Virus record (IMG/VR): IMGVR_UViG_3300029554_000003
Coordinates: 77,064-141,063 of that record
Origin: a virus
Taxonomy: Duplodnaviria > Heunggongvirae > Uroviricota > Caudoviricetes
Length of the DNA stretch: 64,000 nucleotides
Strand: one strand, 5' to 3'
Made by a program: the position numbers and the translations under genes. This document shows positions 50,034-58,948 of this stretch, piece by piece (within the stretch, counting starts at the first letter, position 1; every line of letters starts with the position of its first letter). Under the pieces are notes generated by a model. It made no database searches. It was given only the letters and a program-made list of their open reading frames with translations, and was not told the origin of the DNA.

Positions 50034-50066
50034 AAAAAAAGGGACTCAAGAGAGTCCCTACAAAAA
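50034..50066 (-). terminator. intrinsic terminator closing tRNA cluster 2
   Basis: GGGACTC-tctt-GAGTCCC followed by TTTTTTT on the reverse strand. Confidence 0.6.
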
Positions 50067-50076
50067 TATCAATGTG

Positions 50077-50609
50077 TGCGGAAAAAGTTTATTCAGTGTT
50101 GGATGGTCATAAAAAATTGCTATATGAAGTAACTGAATAATAATCACGCACATTTGCGTCTATATAGCTCGCACACTATATAGACGAGAAAGGGGTTTAC
50201 AAATAACGACAAGGAAAAAATGTAAAGAGGGTGGGTGCTACTTTCTAATGAAAGCTGCTCTTATTTAAACATATAACGAAGTAACTCTTTACTAATCACT
50301 TGCCTTGCAAGAGAAAGCGATACGGAAATAGGCGTTTCAGTTTGAGTAATCAGCTCGGAATGGAGATTTGAAGTATCTGAAACATTATCACGTATCGCCC
50401 ACTTTAGTAAAATAAATGCGGAAAAGATAAAATCAGTTTAAACGTGCAACCGACACAGAGCTGGAGTCGAACCAGCGAGTACATTTTTCCAGAATGAAGT
50501 AACTGATTTATCATCACGCATTATAATAAATAAATGCGGAAAAGTTAGATTCAGTGTATAATATTAACATACCAAAATTAATGTGAAGTAACTGAATCTT
50601 AATCACGCA
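50077..50609. repeat. family of ~75-105-nt repeat elements (U1 50077-50150; partial 50277-50304; U2b 50326-50397; U3 50417-50520; U4 50535-50609)
   Basis: Each unit starts TGCGGAAAAG-[8-10 nt X] and ends TGAAGTAACTGA-[X' complementary to X]-(T/C)CACGCA. Internal sequences differ. U3 contains a perfect T-arm-like hairpin GCTGG-TTCGACT-CCAGC. Confidence 0.7.
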
Positions 50610-50735
50610 TTTAATAAACATTGGTGCCGCATCTAGGTAACGCTCCTAGCCAGTCTAAGACACTTGATTTACAGTCAAGACCTCGTCTTTAAAGGAATAC
50701 TGCGGCAGTTATATTTTAAAGTTTAGTATGCCTTG

Positions 50736-50817
50736 TCTTGGGTTCGGGAGTCGGACCCGAATGCCTTATGGCGCTATTTTTTGAGAATAGTGTGTATACC
50801 AGTTCCACCAACCCAAG
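50736..50817 (-). tRNA. tRNA-Leu (CAA)-like, class II, embedded in an extended stem
   Basis: Acceptor CTTGGGT/ACCCAAG. D-stem GTG/CAC. Anticodon arm CTATT-CUCAAAA-AATAG. Variable hairpin GCC-ATAA-GGC. T-arm TCGGG-TCCGACT-CCCGA (T-loop variant). Flanked by an ~18-bp imperfect inverted repeat AGTATGCCTT…/…AAGGCATACT. Confidence 0.45.
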
Positions 50818-50838
50818 GTAAGGCATACTAATATGTTT

Positions 50839-51288
50839 TTAATTGGTTTGTTCCTGAATCCCAAGCATATCAAAAAACTCGTCTGGAATAAACTTGTCAT
50901 CCAAAGGCTGATAGTCTTTCCAGATAATCAGAGGATACCAAGTCTTTGACCACTCAGTAAATTCAGCAAATTCATCATTATATCCAAAAGAAACAGCAAA
51001 ACCAAACCAGCTAGGCTTGACATGCGGGAAAGTCTTTTTGATAATTCCCTCGTTGTCAACAAAATCACCGATACGACCGCAAATAGTACAAACATTCCTA
51101 TAAGCATAAGTCCATTTACCAGCGTATTTATCATAATAGTTGATAATGATACTCTTACCATAATCATGCTTATGATTAGCCTTTTTCACAGTCTTTTTTT
51201 TCTGCTTACGAGCGGGAGCATTAGCAGCATCGTCAGGGATATAAGCGTATTTAGTTGCCAATACTTCATCCTTATAAGGATACGACAT
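50839..51288 (-). CDS. hypothetical protein
   Basis: 149 aa ORF. Confidence 0.4.
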   Translation of the reverse strand: MSYPYKDEVLATKYAYIPDDAANAPARKQKKKTVKKANHKHDYGKSIIINYYDKYAGKWTYAYRNVCTICGRIGDFVDNEGIIKKTFPHVKPSWFGFAVSFGYNDEFAEFTEWSKTWYPLIIWKDYQPLDDKFIPDEFFDMLGIQEQTN

Positions 51289-51545
51289 TTACAAAGCTCC
51301 TTTTCTGCTTTTGGATAAAATTATTTGGACAGAAGAATGTTATGAAGATATTCATCGGCTTCTTCAAACGTATCGAAGTCCTTGATAATCTCAAAACGAA
51401 CAGTTGAGCAATCAGTGTTGACACGAATAGAGTAGATGCCGCAAGTCTTTTCCTTGCAAATGACGAACTGCTTCATAACAAACCTCTTTCTCTCTCGGTT
51501 TATATATATTATATAATATTATAAACCAAAAGTCAAGGAAAAATA

Positions 51546-51637
51546 TGCGGAAAAATTGGGGTCAGACTAACAAATGCAGCGTACCGCATTTAAACATACC
51601 ATAATTCTTCACGAAGTAACTGAACCCTCGTCACGCA
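51546..51637. repeat. fifth copy (U5) of the GCGGAAAAG…GAAGTAACTGA…TCACGCA repeat element
   Basis: Same termini as U1-U4. Contains the internal hairpin AAATGC-agcgtacc-GCATTT. Confidence 0.6.
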
Positions 51638-51869
51638 TATTAAATCACTAATTATGAAAGAATGACACCCTGCTTCGCCTTGTTAATCTTGCGGCGAAGT
51701 TTGCGCATGATACCTACATTCTCTGAGTTCTTTCCCTTACGATTGATAAGCATCTGATAACGCTGCTCCATCGTCTCGACTGACTGTGCCATACTTTCTT
51801 ACCTTTCTCTTGGTTAAATATATTATATCAAATTACTCAACCATTTGTCAAGTAATTTTTTATAACAAA

Positions 51870-52300
51870 ATTGGTCGCGAAGTGCCGCTGACGCTGCGAC
51901 TTAACAGAGCTTATGAGACTCCGTGAGATACTGACCTCCCACCCGCAATTAAAGTAGTAGTTTTCACATCTGCCGAGGTTTGAAAACTACCAAAATATAC
52001 CAGATTCCTCTTCCCCTAGGCGTTTCTTTTCAAGTATACGCTGGCCCGCATTGTCTACGGCTACAGAGACGGCATATATAAAATCTTGCAAGCAAGATAA
52101 TATAATCACGTGGACGGTTTCAAACTGGGAAAGCCGCCAACCCTTTAATCTATAATCCCTGCAAAAGATTATAGAAGTCGGGAGACATTTACCTTGCAGC
52201 GATAACCTCTCCCCAAGCTATAACACAATCGTTAGGTGCTATTCTCACCAATTGAACTACAGCCCCTTGCGGGAAAGACAGGAGTCGAACCTGCATCTTC
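51870..52300 (-). ncRNA. second GC-rich structured non-coding region (~430 nt) behind the duplicated tRNA-cluster promoter
   Basis: No ORF of 60 aa or more. The leader after the promoter begins ACAAAATCGTGAAGGTGAAGATGCAGG-TTCGACT-CCTGT (isolated T-arm hairpin), then GGGGCTGTAGTTCAATTGGTGAGAATAGCACC (tRNA 5'-half-like), then ~350 nt of hairpin-rich sequence with no matching 3' half. Confidence 0.35.
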
Positions 52301-52324
52301 ACCTTCACGATTTTGTTAATTATA

Positions 52325-52365
52325 TTATATAAAATTACTTGGTATTTGTCAAGTAATTTTTTTAA
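52325..52365 (-). promoter_or_regulatory. tRNA cluster 2 promoter (TTGACA-N17-TATAAT)
   Basis: Reverse strand TTGACAAATACCAAGTAATTTTATATAATATAATTAACAAAATCG. Near-identical to the promoter and leader at 46598-46640. Confidence 0.6.
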
Positions 52366-52590
52366 CAGGCTGGCTCTTTCTGTGCTGCCCAGAAATTTTA
52401 TGATTCAGAGTCATATGTTCTACTGTTGAACTAAGAGCCAAAAAGTGGGCAAATTTATATAGCGACTGCCCAAACCGCTAAATTGACTTGGGGTAGTACA
52501 GGCGAGTTCAAAGCTCGGTCTACTACCACTTGGAGAGTGTCTAAGATTAGCACTCTATTTTAGTAATATATATATTACTAAAATACAACA

Positions 52591-53232
52591 CTAACTTTCT
52601 ACATATTCCCAATGGAAACCATACGATGTTTTGTTAATATTTTCACAAACCTGCTTAATATGCCTTGAAATTCCTTGTATAGATTTATTTGTAGTATAAT
52701 TGTTATCAAATAACCATTGAGACGCATCGTGCAATGATTGAAAAATTTTATTTTCTTCTATCAGTCGCACTTTTTTAGAATATCTTTCTTTACAAAGAGT
52801 ATTTGGTCGTAGCATTTCTATGCCACATTGTTTACATGCAAGTCGGACAGTATCAGCGCAACAATGAAAATATTTTGCTACTTTTATTGTATCATGTGTT
52901 TGTGAATACATGTCAGCTATTTTTTTATAATCATAAAATGAACAACCGTCTCCACCAATTGTAGCATTGTATCCATTGCGATAAGTATCTAATTTTGTTA
53001 TCCAATACTTTTCTTTTTCGTCAACTTCATCTGACGAACATTCTTCTAATTGAAAGGCATGAAAGTGCTCTACGCCATATTTTTTCATAGCTTTATAAAG
53101 AGGTCTACCTTGTATTTGTTCTTTTTTGCTGTCGCTTAAATGTTGGGCGAATCTTCTCTTAATTGTAAAATTAGTTTTTCCAACATATTTTTTGTTGTTG
53201 ACATCATTTACAATAACATAAATATAAGACAT
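52591..53232 (-). CDS. GIY-YIG homing endonuclease (second copy)
   Basis: Likely start is MSYIYVIVNDVNNKKYVGKT at 53232. Paralogue of 46645..47280, also adjacent to a tRNA-cluster promoter. Confidence 0.65.
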   Translation of the reverse strand: MSYIYVIVNDVNNKKYVGKTNFTIKRRFAQHLSDSKKEQIQGRPLYKAMKKYGVEHFHAFQLEECSSDEVDEKEKYWITKLDTYRNGYNATIGGDGCSFYDYKKIADMYSQTHDTIKVAKYFHCCADTVRLACKQCGIEMLRPNTLCKERYSKKVRLIEENKIFQSLHDASQWLFDNNYTTNKSIQGISRHIKQVCENINKTSYGFHWEYVES

Positions 53233-53502
53233 TTTATCACCCACTTAAATAATGAATGGAGCCAACTTAGGGTGCTGCCCCCTATGCTTCGCTTTACAAG
53301 AGCGATGTATTACTGTTATACTAAGCTGGCTTTACCAAAAAGAAAAATGAGCCTGCAATACTCTAGAAATCTTGCAGGCTCTAACACCACTATTACAATA
53401 TAAAAGTTGCGCAACAAAAATTATAACTTTTTGTCCAGAACTTTTATTTTGTAACTAAAAATATTATATCATATTGATATAAAGTCTGTCAAGAACTTTT
53501 TT

Positions 53503-54066
53503 TTAGCTGTCAAACCAATAGACAACAAGAATATCCTGCGGAGTTAGATAATATGCTCCTTCAATGCTACAATAACGCTTAATATCTTCGATAAAATCAC
53601 CGACACTATCTTTAAGCTCATTGTTAGAGGAATGACTTCCAAGCATATCATCTACCGCATACTTAGTAGAACTAATTGCATTATAATGATTGATAATATC
53701 AGAGAGCATGACAGCATTATATCCATATGCGCCGCACTCTTCCCAGTCTTCCCATTCTTTGAGAATTTTTTGCGGCACAAGACCATCATAGTCAAAATAC
53801 AGGCCAACGGGACAAGCAGATTCATCTACATATACACGGCCATTACCATCCATGAGCCAAGAAAACAACTCATAATTGCGACCATTGTATGGCTGGGCAT
53901 ATTCATACACGACACTATCATCATCATTGTTATAATACTTAGAAAATAACTCTACCGGATAATACTCTTCGCATCCATTCTTTTGTGCATACTCGCTAGT
54001 CTTGCGAGCAAGATAAACATGAATGTCTTGTCCCATAAAAAGCTCCTTACAGCGTATCCCTGTCAT
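53503..54066 (-). CDS. hypothetical protein
   Basis: 187 aa. The start may be M11 (MGQDIHVY). Confidence 0.4.
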   Translation of the reverse strand: MTGIRCKELFMGQDIHVYLARKTSEYAQKNGCEEYYPVELFSKYYNNDDDSVVYEYAQPYNGRNYELFSWLMDGNGRVYVDESACPVGLYFDYDGLVPQKILKEWEDWEECGAYGYNAVMLSDIINHYNAISSTKYAVDDMLGSHSSNNELKDSVGDFIEDIKRYCSIEGAYYLTPQDILVVYWFDS

Positions 54067-54400
54067 ATACTTGGCAGGAAAGGTTTAAGTCCATAAGATT
54101 GGCGTAAATATCACTAAGTCGATTCGCAATATCTGCACGAGTGTTATTCTTGCACGAACGACCATTAAGATTCTTAATCTCGTTTTCCAAGTCACTCAGC
54201 TCAGAGTTGATGGCATGTTGTACCTCGTACAAATCATCACCAATAAGACCTTCAACACCAGTTGCGTAATTCGTATTGTGATAATTGAAAAGCATCATGG
54301 ACTCTAGTTCATCATAGTTGAAGCCGTTCTCTTTCAAGCAAACGTCCAAGTCGCGCTTCGAGTCAATATTGTAATATTTATCTTTGACAAACAAATCCAT
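54047..54400 (-). CDS. hypothetical protein
   Basis: 117 aa, after the conserved promoter copy at 54401-54460. Confidence 0.4.
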   Translation of the reverse strand: MDLFVKDKYYNIDSKRDLDVCLKENGFNYDELESMMLFNYHNTNYATGVEGLIGDDLYEVQHAINSELSDLENEIKNLNGRSCKNNTRADIANRLSDIYANLMDLNLSCQVYDRDTL

Positions 54401-54465
54401 GATACCTTCCTCTCTTTCTTTAACTATATTATATAACTTCTTAAACCTCTTGGCAAGAACTTTTT

Positions 54466-54885
54466 TTAACCAAATAGCTTTAGCAGACGGGCAAAATCTT
54501 GGTCAAGAAGAGACTCATAGGAAGGACGGCTTGTGCGAACAGTCTTTGCATCCTTGGTATCCTTTTCAATTTCCTCAATCTGCTTCTTGATTTCCTCAGC
54601 CTGAGACTTTAGGTCAGCGAGCTTAGCCGCACGCTCTTCACGCTCCTTCTTAATCTTCTCAGCCTGCTCCTTATCCTTTTTCTGCTTACGGCCATTGGAT
54701 ACAGTCATAAGCTCACGTGTAAGAGTGCTAGTCAGTTCATCAATAACCTTCATAACATCTTTGCCACTAGCTTTATGGTCTAGGTCAAGACCGTCCGAAT
54801 CAGTTACATGTACACCAAAGTCTACGACACCATCCTCATTTGCTGTCATAGCTAGATTAAAATTTAGACCATAAGATTCTGCCAT
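54466..54885 (-). CDS. hypothetical protein with K/E-rich coiled coil
   Basis: 139 aa ORF. Confidence 0.4.
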   Translation of the reverse strand: MAESYGLNFNLAMTANEDGVVDFGVHVTDSDGLDLDHKASGKDVMKVIDELTSTLTRELMTVSNGRKQKKDKEQAEKIKKEREERAAKLADLKSQAEEIKKQIEEIEKDTKDAKTVRTSRPSYESLLDQDFARLLKLFG

Positions 54886-54978
54886 TTACCATTCTCCTTT
54901 TAATTCTTTTGTTCCTTTAACTTCGTTAATATTATAACAAATATTTTTCTAGAAGTCAACTATTTTATTGAAAATATT

Positions 54979-55752
54979 TTAGTACCAACCATGAGACTGC
55001 CAATGTGCGGCTGCATTTTCCCAGCTACCATATCTATTTGACACATATTGTTCAGCAACCCTGTCTTGATTTTCCTGCGACAAGTCTCCATTCAAATAGG
55101 AAATATCAAGCTGATATGCGCCATAGTAGCGTCCATTGGTTGCGCTATAACTGCCGCCACTTTCCTTAGAAACAATGAAATCACGTGCAGAGCCATTCCA
55201 AGAGTAATTAGAATATGAATAACTTGGTGTACTATATAAGTTAGACTGTTGATTCTGATAACTTACCTGCGCCGCAGCTTTTTGAGCAGCAGCTTCTTGA
55301 GCCGCACGTTCTTCTGCTTCTTTCTTCTCTTGGAGAGCTTTCTGTTTCTTATCTGCACCATACTGTTTCCAGCTATCAAGTCGAGCCTTATATTGCTTTA
55401 GTTCTGTAATAGTGTCGCAAACAGATTGCTTCTCCATAATATCTTGAATCTCTAAAATATCATTCTGTTCAAGATAATCTCCGTAATTCTGAATAATATA
55501 TATAACATCATCAAACTGAGAGTCTTTCATGTTACATTTATCCACTAGCCATGTCTGAGCGTTATCGTACCCATCTTCCTTATATGGAATCATAGCATCA
55601 AGTGTAGTTGTGCGGACTGCCGCATTTGTAATTTCATCATTAACGATAATTGCATCTGCTTCGTTTACACAAAAAGCATTTGTCACGCCAGCGAGTGCCA
55701 CTACGGATAGGCACATAGCCAATGCTTTCGTTTTGTTTTTAATGAATTTCAT
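54979..55752 (-). CDS. secreted transglycosylase-like protein (Rpf/IsaA-type domain)
   Basis: N-terminal signal peptide MKFIKNKTKALAMCLSVVALAGVTNAF. C-terminal KESGGSYSATNGRYYGAYQLD…VAEQYV…GSWENAAAHWQSHGW matches the transglycosylase-like ESGG…NG.YYG..Q…W core. Confidence 0.55.
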   Translation of the reverse strand: MKFIKNKTKALAMCLSVVALAGVTNAFCVNEADAIIVNDEITNAAVRTTTLDAMIPYKEDGYDNAQTWLVDKCNMKDSQFDDVIYIIQNYGDYLEQNDILEIQDIMEKQSVCDTITELKQYKARLDSWKQYGADKKQKALQEKKEAEERAAQEAAAQKAAAQVSYQNQQSNLYSTPSYSYSNYSWNGSARDFIVSKESGGSYSATNGRYYGAYQLDISYLNGDLSQENQDRVAEQYVSNRYGSWENAAAHWQSHGWY

Positions 55753-55848
55753 TCGGATAATTCCTCTTTCTATTCCTATACGACAAGACGATTGCTTAAA
55801 AATATATAAAAAATGTGGGCAAAAGATTATAATCTTTTGCCCAATTAG

Positions 55849-56661
55849 TTAATTTGTAAAACGGATTTGCTTCTTCTTTAAAACCTCGCCAAGAGACAGA
55901 AAATCTTCACATTTATTACAATGGTTTGATAGACGCTTGCAACAACGACGCTCGCAGTTAATTTTGCTTGCAGTGAAACTTGGGTGGATTGCGTCACAAT
56001 GAAAATCCATATCTACATCTTCATTGATTTCACTCATTTGACCATGCCAATATTTATTAATGAACCATGCACGATATAAGACATCAAACTTTGCCCAATC
56101 ACATGGCAAACCGCATTCAAATTCAAAGACATCAAAATACGGATTGATAGTATCCATATCTTTTGGCATAAAGATTGGAGCCTTTGGATTGATACCACGG
56201 TCAAGTGTCATTGACGGCACCTGATTTAAAATTAGCCGCATTTGAACATTATTCTCTTGACAAATATCATGAACATTCTTTAGATTATAACATAAATCAT
56301 CGGCAATATATACATCAGATACACCTAAATTGATAAAAGACTCAAGACAGGAATAGGTTGGAACCTTCATATCTTGATTAAAAAAAAACTTATATGAATT
56401 TTCTTTAAGCTCTGCGGCCTTTGTAATGTCTGTTGGTGCTACGCGGATATAAATCTTGTCTGACACCTTGTTAATTGACTTGACGGTAGGCATATGAATA
56501 CCTTCTGGGAATTCAAGATTGATACGAGTATCCTCATACTCCTGCGCAAAGTCAATTAGATCCTCAATTGAATTGCGAGATTTGTAAAAGAGAATGTTAA
56601 ACTCTTTAACTTCATCGTTCAATTCGCCATTCAATTGAAATGGAATTGCCAATTTAATCAT
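55849..56661 (-). CDS. hypothetical protein with C-terminal Cys cluster
   Basis: 270 aa ending …CERRCCKRLSNHCNKCEDF…. Confidence 0.4.
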   Translation of the reverse strand: MIKLAIPFQLNGELNDEVKEFNILFYKSRNSIEDLIDFAQEYEDTRINLEFPEGIHMPTVKSINKVSDKIYIRVAPTDITKAAELKENSYKFFFNQDMKVPTYSCLESFINLGVSDVYIADDLCYNLKNVHDICQENNVQMRLILNQVPSMTLDRGINPKAPIFMPKDMDTINPYFDVFEFECGLPCDWAKFDVLYRAWFINKYWHGQMSEINEDVDMDFHCDAIHPSFTASKINCERRCCKRLSNHCNKCEDFLSLGEVLKKKQIRFTN

Positions 56662-57204
56662 ATATCATCCTTTCATAATAACCTATTTTATATTATATAA
56701 CAAAAAAGGGCAATTGTCAAGAGACAATCACCCTAAAAATCATTAAAGATATGCGGCCAAACGATTCCACAACCATTGTGGCAAATCAGAAGTCTCGACC
56801 TCATAATCATCCAAGAGGTCATAAACAATATCGGCAGAAGCGTGCCCATCATATTCAGTTTCAATTGTCTGAATTACATAATTTACCTTCTGCTCCATCT
56901 CTTCCTCGGCAGCAAGAAGCATCATGGGATTGCCCACAGAATTGTCCATGTGCAGCATTATTAGTCCTCCATCAAAATGTCGACAATCTTGAACATGTCT
57001 GCGGAGATACGCTCTACGCGCACACCGTAAATGATGTGAATCATGTCAATTGCACCATCAACATGATATCCAGAACCATCATCACGATGCTCAAGATAAT
57101 AATTTGCAAGGTGCAGAATAGCAGCGTTGTAAGAAGCCATCATATCTTTTCCTCTCTCTTGGCTATACCATAATTATAGCATATGATATAGCCAATCGTC
57201 AAGA

Positions 57205-58152
57205 TTAATTTTCAAACCAGTTTCGCAACTCGATAACCGAGGGGCAAGTTCCACGACCTTTCTCGCGGCACTCTTCTACAAACTCAGGGATTGCGTCCAT
57301 GAGACGAGGTTCAAATGCAAGCTTGGTCTTGATGTTCTTGATAGCATCAATGTCGCGTCCAGTCCAAACCTGCTGTAAAACTCCACGAGCCTGCTTCCAG
57401 TTCTTGTACCAAGGAGTCTTATATTTCACCATGAAACCGTTCGCATCCTCGAAGACAAAGCCCTCGATGTATGCACGTGCGGCCCACTTGTCAATAAAGG
57501 CTTCAAACTCCTGCCAGTTAGCAATGACTTTGCTAAGAACCTTGCAATAGAATCCGAAATGTCCCGCTACGTCAATAAGTGTATAGTACCCCGCATGGCT
57601 ATAGTTGAAATCATTGTACACCAAGTCCAAAAGCACGAGGTGAGGATGCGAATACTCAACAATATGCGGGTCATGGATAGGGTCAATGCACTCGAAGACA
57701 GCAGTGCAGTCATTCTTGTGCAGATATTCTGCGAATTCCTCCTGCTGTGCAGTGGTCAACGTCTTGTCAAGAACGTCACGGATATATCCCGCGAAGTCTC
57801 CTTCATTCGTGCTCTTGGATGCGATGAACAGTTTACCGTCCTCGGTCGGGTCGGCAGAAATCATCGCAAGGAATCCGTTAGACTTGACATATGCACACAC
57901 AGGGAACACAAGATTCTCGCGCAGGCTAGCCATTTCAGTCTCAGGACGTTCTCCAATATTGAAGAACTTGTTGTACGAACGTGCAACAACCTTATTATCA
58001 TCTTTTACAAAAAGTCCGCGTGCTTTAACATTAATATCATCCCATGCTTGGTTGAAAAAGCACTTGTTTGAGAAATTAAAAGAAGAGATTCCATTGGCAA
58101 GATGTTTCTCGCGCACAAGCGAGCTATTACGCAGTATATCGACTTCGTTCAT
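57205..58152 (-). CDS. ATP-dependent RNA ligase-like nucleotidyltransferase
   Basis: Candidate motif I is K in VKSNGFLAM. Motif IV is EGFVFED. Motif V is VKYKTPWYKNWK. At 315 aa the size fits the Rnl2/DraRnl class. Confidence 0.5.
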   Translation of the reverse strand: MNEVDILRNSSLVREKHLANGISSFNFSNKCFFNQAWDDINVKARGLFVKDDNKVVARSYNKFFNIGERPETEMASLRENLVFPVCAYVKSNGFLAMISADPTEDGKLFIASKSTNEGDFAGYIRDVLDKTLTTAQQEEFAEYLHKNDCTAVFECIDPIHDPHIVEYSHPHLVLLDLVYNDFNYSHAGYYTLIDVAGHFGFYCKVLSKVIANWQEFEAFIDKWAARAYIEGFVFEDANGFMVKYKTPWYKNWKQARGVLQQVWTGRDIDAIKNIKTKLAFEPRLMDAIPEFVEECREKGRGTCPSVIELRNWFEN

Positions 58153-58200
58153 TTATCTTCCTCTCTCTTGGTTTAATAATATTATACCATATATAAGTGT
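58153..58200 (-). promoter_or_regulatory. conserved promoter + leader copy
   Basis: Reverse strand TTGCCG-N17-TATAAT then TATTAAACCAAGAGAGAGGAAG. Confidence 0.5.
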
Positions 58201-58467
58201 GTGCGGCAAATATTTTTTTCTACAAAAAAAAGGAAAAGGAACTAGTCCTTTCCCTTAGTAGCATTTTCTTCAAATTCCATGCGCTCTAACTTTTCCTTAC
58301 GTTTTGCCTTATAAGTATCGTCTTTGCGCTGACGAATTAGCTTTGCTTTATGGGAAAACTTTTCAAAAGTATCATCATCGCTATACTCAAGTTCGTCCCA
58401 GTCACGAATTTTCACAATAAATCCTTTCAAAGAAAAATGCTGTCTAATATAAGTCTGACAATCTGTC

Positions 58468-58544
58468 TGGTGGGCTATACAGAACTCGAATCTGTAACCT
58501 AAAGATTAGAAGTCTTTTGCTCTATCCATTTGAGCTAATAGCCC
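58468..58544 (-). tRNA. tRNA-Arg (UCU) with encoded CCA
   Basis: GGGCTAT TA GCTCAAATGGATAGAGC A AAAGA-CUUCUAA-TCTTT AGGTTA CAGAT-TCGAGTT-CTGTA ATAGCCC A CCA. Confidence 0.7.
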
Positions 58545-58569
58545 GTCAAACAGATTGTCTAGAACTTGT

Positions 58570-58860
58570 CTAATAAGTGATGATATAGACCTTTCGGCTA
58601 GTATCGTGATAAATCTGCGTCACTTCTGCTAAAATATTGTGTAGTACAGCATCGCCAACAGTCTTCTTAGCTTCGTCATCGCCATATGCAAGAATAAAAT
58701 GCGGAACAATTGCATCATATGTATCACGAACAGGAACGCGCTTACCATTAACGAAATCTACAAGGGTAGTATACTGTTCACACCATACAAATACAAAATT
58801 CGGATTGAGCTTTGTAATGTATGAATTCATTTCCTTGTCAGGAATAATAATACAATTCAT
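58570..58860 (-). CDS. hypothetical protein
   Basis: 96 aa ORF. Confidence 0.4.
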   Translation of the reverse strand: MNCIIIPDKEMNSYITKLNPNFVFVWCEQYTTLVDFVNGKRVPVRDTYDAIVPHFILAYGDDEAKKTVGDAVLHNILAEVTQIYHDTSRKVYIITY

Positions 58861-58948
58861 TACTTAAATCGCTTTCCATAGTAATATGCGTATACAGAAA
58901 AAAGAAAAATAGAAACAATTCCTATAATTACAATCAACATGTTATCAC

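Noticed and set aside
50077-50609. Possible CRISPR array (clustered repeats)
   Set aside because: The repeat units are 75-105 nt with variable cores and irregular spacing. There is no short constant repeat alternating with unique spacers of uniform length, and no cas genes.
51870-52300. tmRNA (region begins GGGGCUG like ssrA 5' ends)
   Set aside because: No complementary 3' acceptor strand (CAGCCCC) and no tag-peptide reading frame ending …ALAA-stop. The D-arm is tRNA-like rather than tmRNA-like. Left as an unexplained structured RNA.
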